A stretch of 35,205 nt of DNA from Alkalispirochaeta sp. (GTDB lineage: Bacteria; Spirochaetota; Spirochaetia; DSM-27196; Alkalispirochaetaceae). The position numbers were made by a program, and so were the translations under genes. Under the pieces are notes generated by a model. That model was given only the letters and a program-made list of their open reading frames with translations. It did no database searches and was not told the origin of the DNA. Shown here one piece after another: positions 33,553 to 35,205 of this stretch (the first letter of the stretch is position 1; each line of letters begins with the position of its first letter). Where the stretch lies: contig JBAYPC010000001.1 in NCBI GenBank assembly GCA_041677905.1, positions 1 to 35,205 on the forward strand, read 5' to 3'.

Positions 33553-35151
33553 TCAGATGACGCCGGGCAGCGGTGCCTGTTCGGTAAAGCGGAAGTACTT
33601 CATCGGATGGATATCCAGGGGGTTTGGATACCAGCCGTCAACGGCGTTCAAATCGATCAGGTTGATCGCCGGTGAATGGCTAACCGGAAGAACAGTACCG
33701 GTCTGCAGGAGAATCTCTTCGGCCTGACCGAGCCGGTTGTACCGTTCCTGCCCTCGAAGCACCATAGAGTCATCGATCAGGGCGTCGTAACGTGGGTCGG
33801 AAAAGCCGGCGTCGTTGACGTTGCTGTCGCTGATCCACATCTGCAGAAAGGTCAGGGGATCGGCAAAATCACCGATCCAGCTTACGGTACCAACGGTAAA
33901 GTCGCTTTCGCTTAACGCGTCGAAATAGGCGGGATAGGGAGTGACGGTTATGTCGACGCTCAGCTCCAGGTGTTTCTCCCAGGCGTCTTTCATCAGTCCG
34001 GCTACCCGCGCCGACTCGGAGCCCTGGGGGATGTGGATCTCGATAGTTGGTATCCGGACACCTCGACTGTACCCTGCCTCCTTGAGCAGTTCCAGAGCTT
34101 CTTCGACATTTGGTTCGGTGATACCGCTAACGCGGGGGTAATAGGGTATTTCCGGGACCAGCGTCGTTGCTGGAATGAACTGAATTTCGTCACTGCGGAT
34201 CTCCTGCCACGGAAGCAGGAGTGCCAGGGCGCGTCGTACCTTCGGGTTGTCAAAAGGTTCTACATCGGATCGGAAAAAGTAGTAGGTCGTGGCAAACAAC
34301 GGGTTTAGAACGACTGTATCCGGGAATTGGACGGTCCCCAGATCCATACCGCCGGTGACCCAGTCGATCAGGCCGCGGTTAAACTGGTCGGTTATCTTCT
34401 CGGCGTCGTTTTCGTCGGTCAGGAGAATACGAATTCGGGGGATTTTCACCGACTTCGCGTCCCAGTAACGACTGTTTTTATCCAGAACGATGTGACTCTC
34501 CGTCCGCTCCGTGATCCGGTACGGTCCGTTTACCGGTAGAGACGGTATCGCCGACCAGTCGTCGGTCCGGCGCAGCGACGGATGAAGGGGTACGAAGGCG
34601 TGATGGCAGAGAATCCGAAGAAAGTGGGTCGCCGGGTTCCGCAGAGTTACCTTCAGCGTGCGTGTGTCGACGGCCTGGATGCCGACGGAGTCACGGTTTT
34701 TGGTTTGACCGGCCCGGTACTCTCGGACGCCGTCAATGACGTCGAAGAGAAAGTTGTACGCCGCGTTGATCTCAGGGTCTATCAGACGAAACCAGGTGGC
34801 CCGAAAATCCTCGGCAGTAACGGGAGTCCCGTCGGAGAACACCGCGTTTTCCCGTAAGGTAAAGGTGTAGACCAGCCCGTCGTCACTTACCGTCCAGGAC
34901 TCCGCTGCGGCAGGCACGGGTTCCATTGTCAGAGGGTGGTAGTTAACAAGGCCCTCGTATATTCCGCTGTAGATCTGCGCTTCACTTGAGGTGTAACTGT
35001 GCACCGGGTTCAGTTGAATTCCCCCTGAGAGAAATGAAACAACGAACTCGTCTCCTTCTCCTGGTACAACGCCGGTGTCGGCGAATAGGGCGGACCCCGC
35101 AGGTATGGTAAAGACCAGAGCAGCCAAAATGACGACAGGTAAACGTTTCAT
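33553..35151 (-). CDS. oppA: Peptide ABC transporter substrate-binding protein (OppA family)
   Basis: Signal peptide; IYEGLV, AESWTVSDDGLVYTFTLR...FSDGTPVTAEDF, NGPY, VRRAL and WIGDFADP motifs. Confidence 0.9.
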   Translation of the reverse strand: MKRLPVVILAALVFTIPAGSALFADTGVVPGEGDEFVVSFLSGGIQLNPVHSYTSSEAQIYSGIYEGLVNYHPLTMEPVPAAAESWTVSDDGLVYTFTLRENAVFSDGTPVTAEDFRATWFRLIDPEINAAYNFLFDVIDGVREYRAGQTKNRDSVGIQAVDTRTLKVTLRNPATHFLRILCHHAFVPLHPSLRRTDDWSAIPSLPVNGPYRITERTESHIVLDKNSRYWDAKSVKIPRIRILLTDENDAEKITDQFNRGLIDWVTGGMDLGTVQFPDTVVLNPLFATTYYFFRSDVEPFDNPKVRRALALLLPWQEIRSDEIQFIPATTLVPEIPYYPRVSGITEPNVEEALELLKEAGYSRGVRIPTIEIHIPQGSESARVAGLMKDAWEKHLELSVDITVTPYPAYFDALSESDFTVGTVSWIGDFADPLTFLQMWISDSNVNDAGFSDPRYDALIDDSMVLRGQERYNRLGQAEEILLQTGTVLPVSHSPAINLIDLNAVDGWYPNPLDIHPMKYFRFTEQAPLPGVI

Positions 35152-35205
35152 CCCTTGGATATAACCAAGATTAGCGTATCCGACAACCCCGTGGGCGTAG
35201 TACTA

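Overview
Gene-dense, housekeeping-type chromosomal window, most likely from a free-living spirochaete. This is inferred from the archaeal/eukaryotic-type PheRS, the stand-alone EF-G1-type fusA and the Cys-less solute-binding-protein N-termini. In order it contains: the 5' end of uvrC (minus strand, missed by the ORF track); a secreted LamG/FN3-like protein; a large TPR protein with a Pro/Glu-rich disordered linker; pheS-pheT; a divergent NDK-like protein; a cNMP-binding/nucleoside-phosphorylase-fold fusion; an orphan ParA; thrH; three ABC importers (glycine betaine, aromatic-amino-acid type, Liv); a CBS-ACT protein; a membrane class III nucleotide cyclase followed by two envelope coiled-coil proteins; fusA plus a RecA-fold P-loop protein; and, on the minus strand, oppA-carD-nth. 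I saw no RNA genes, CRISPR arrays or mobile elements. The best candidate for an undescribed system is the NDK-like / cNMP-gated nucleosidase-like / ParA cluster (8465-12400), possibly served by the cyclase at 25106, which has an atypical base-selecting residue. All protein calls rest on motifs read by eye; no database searches were run.
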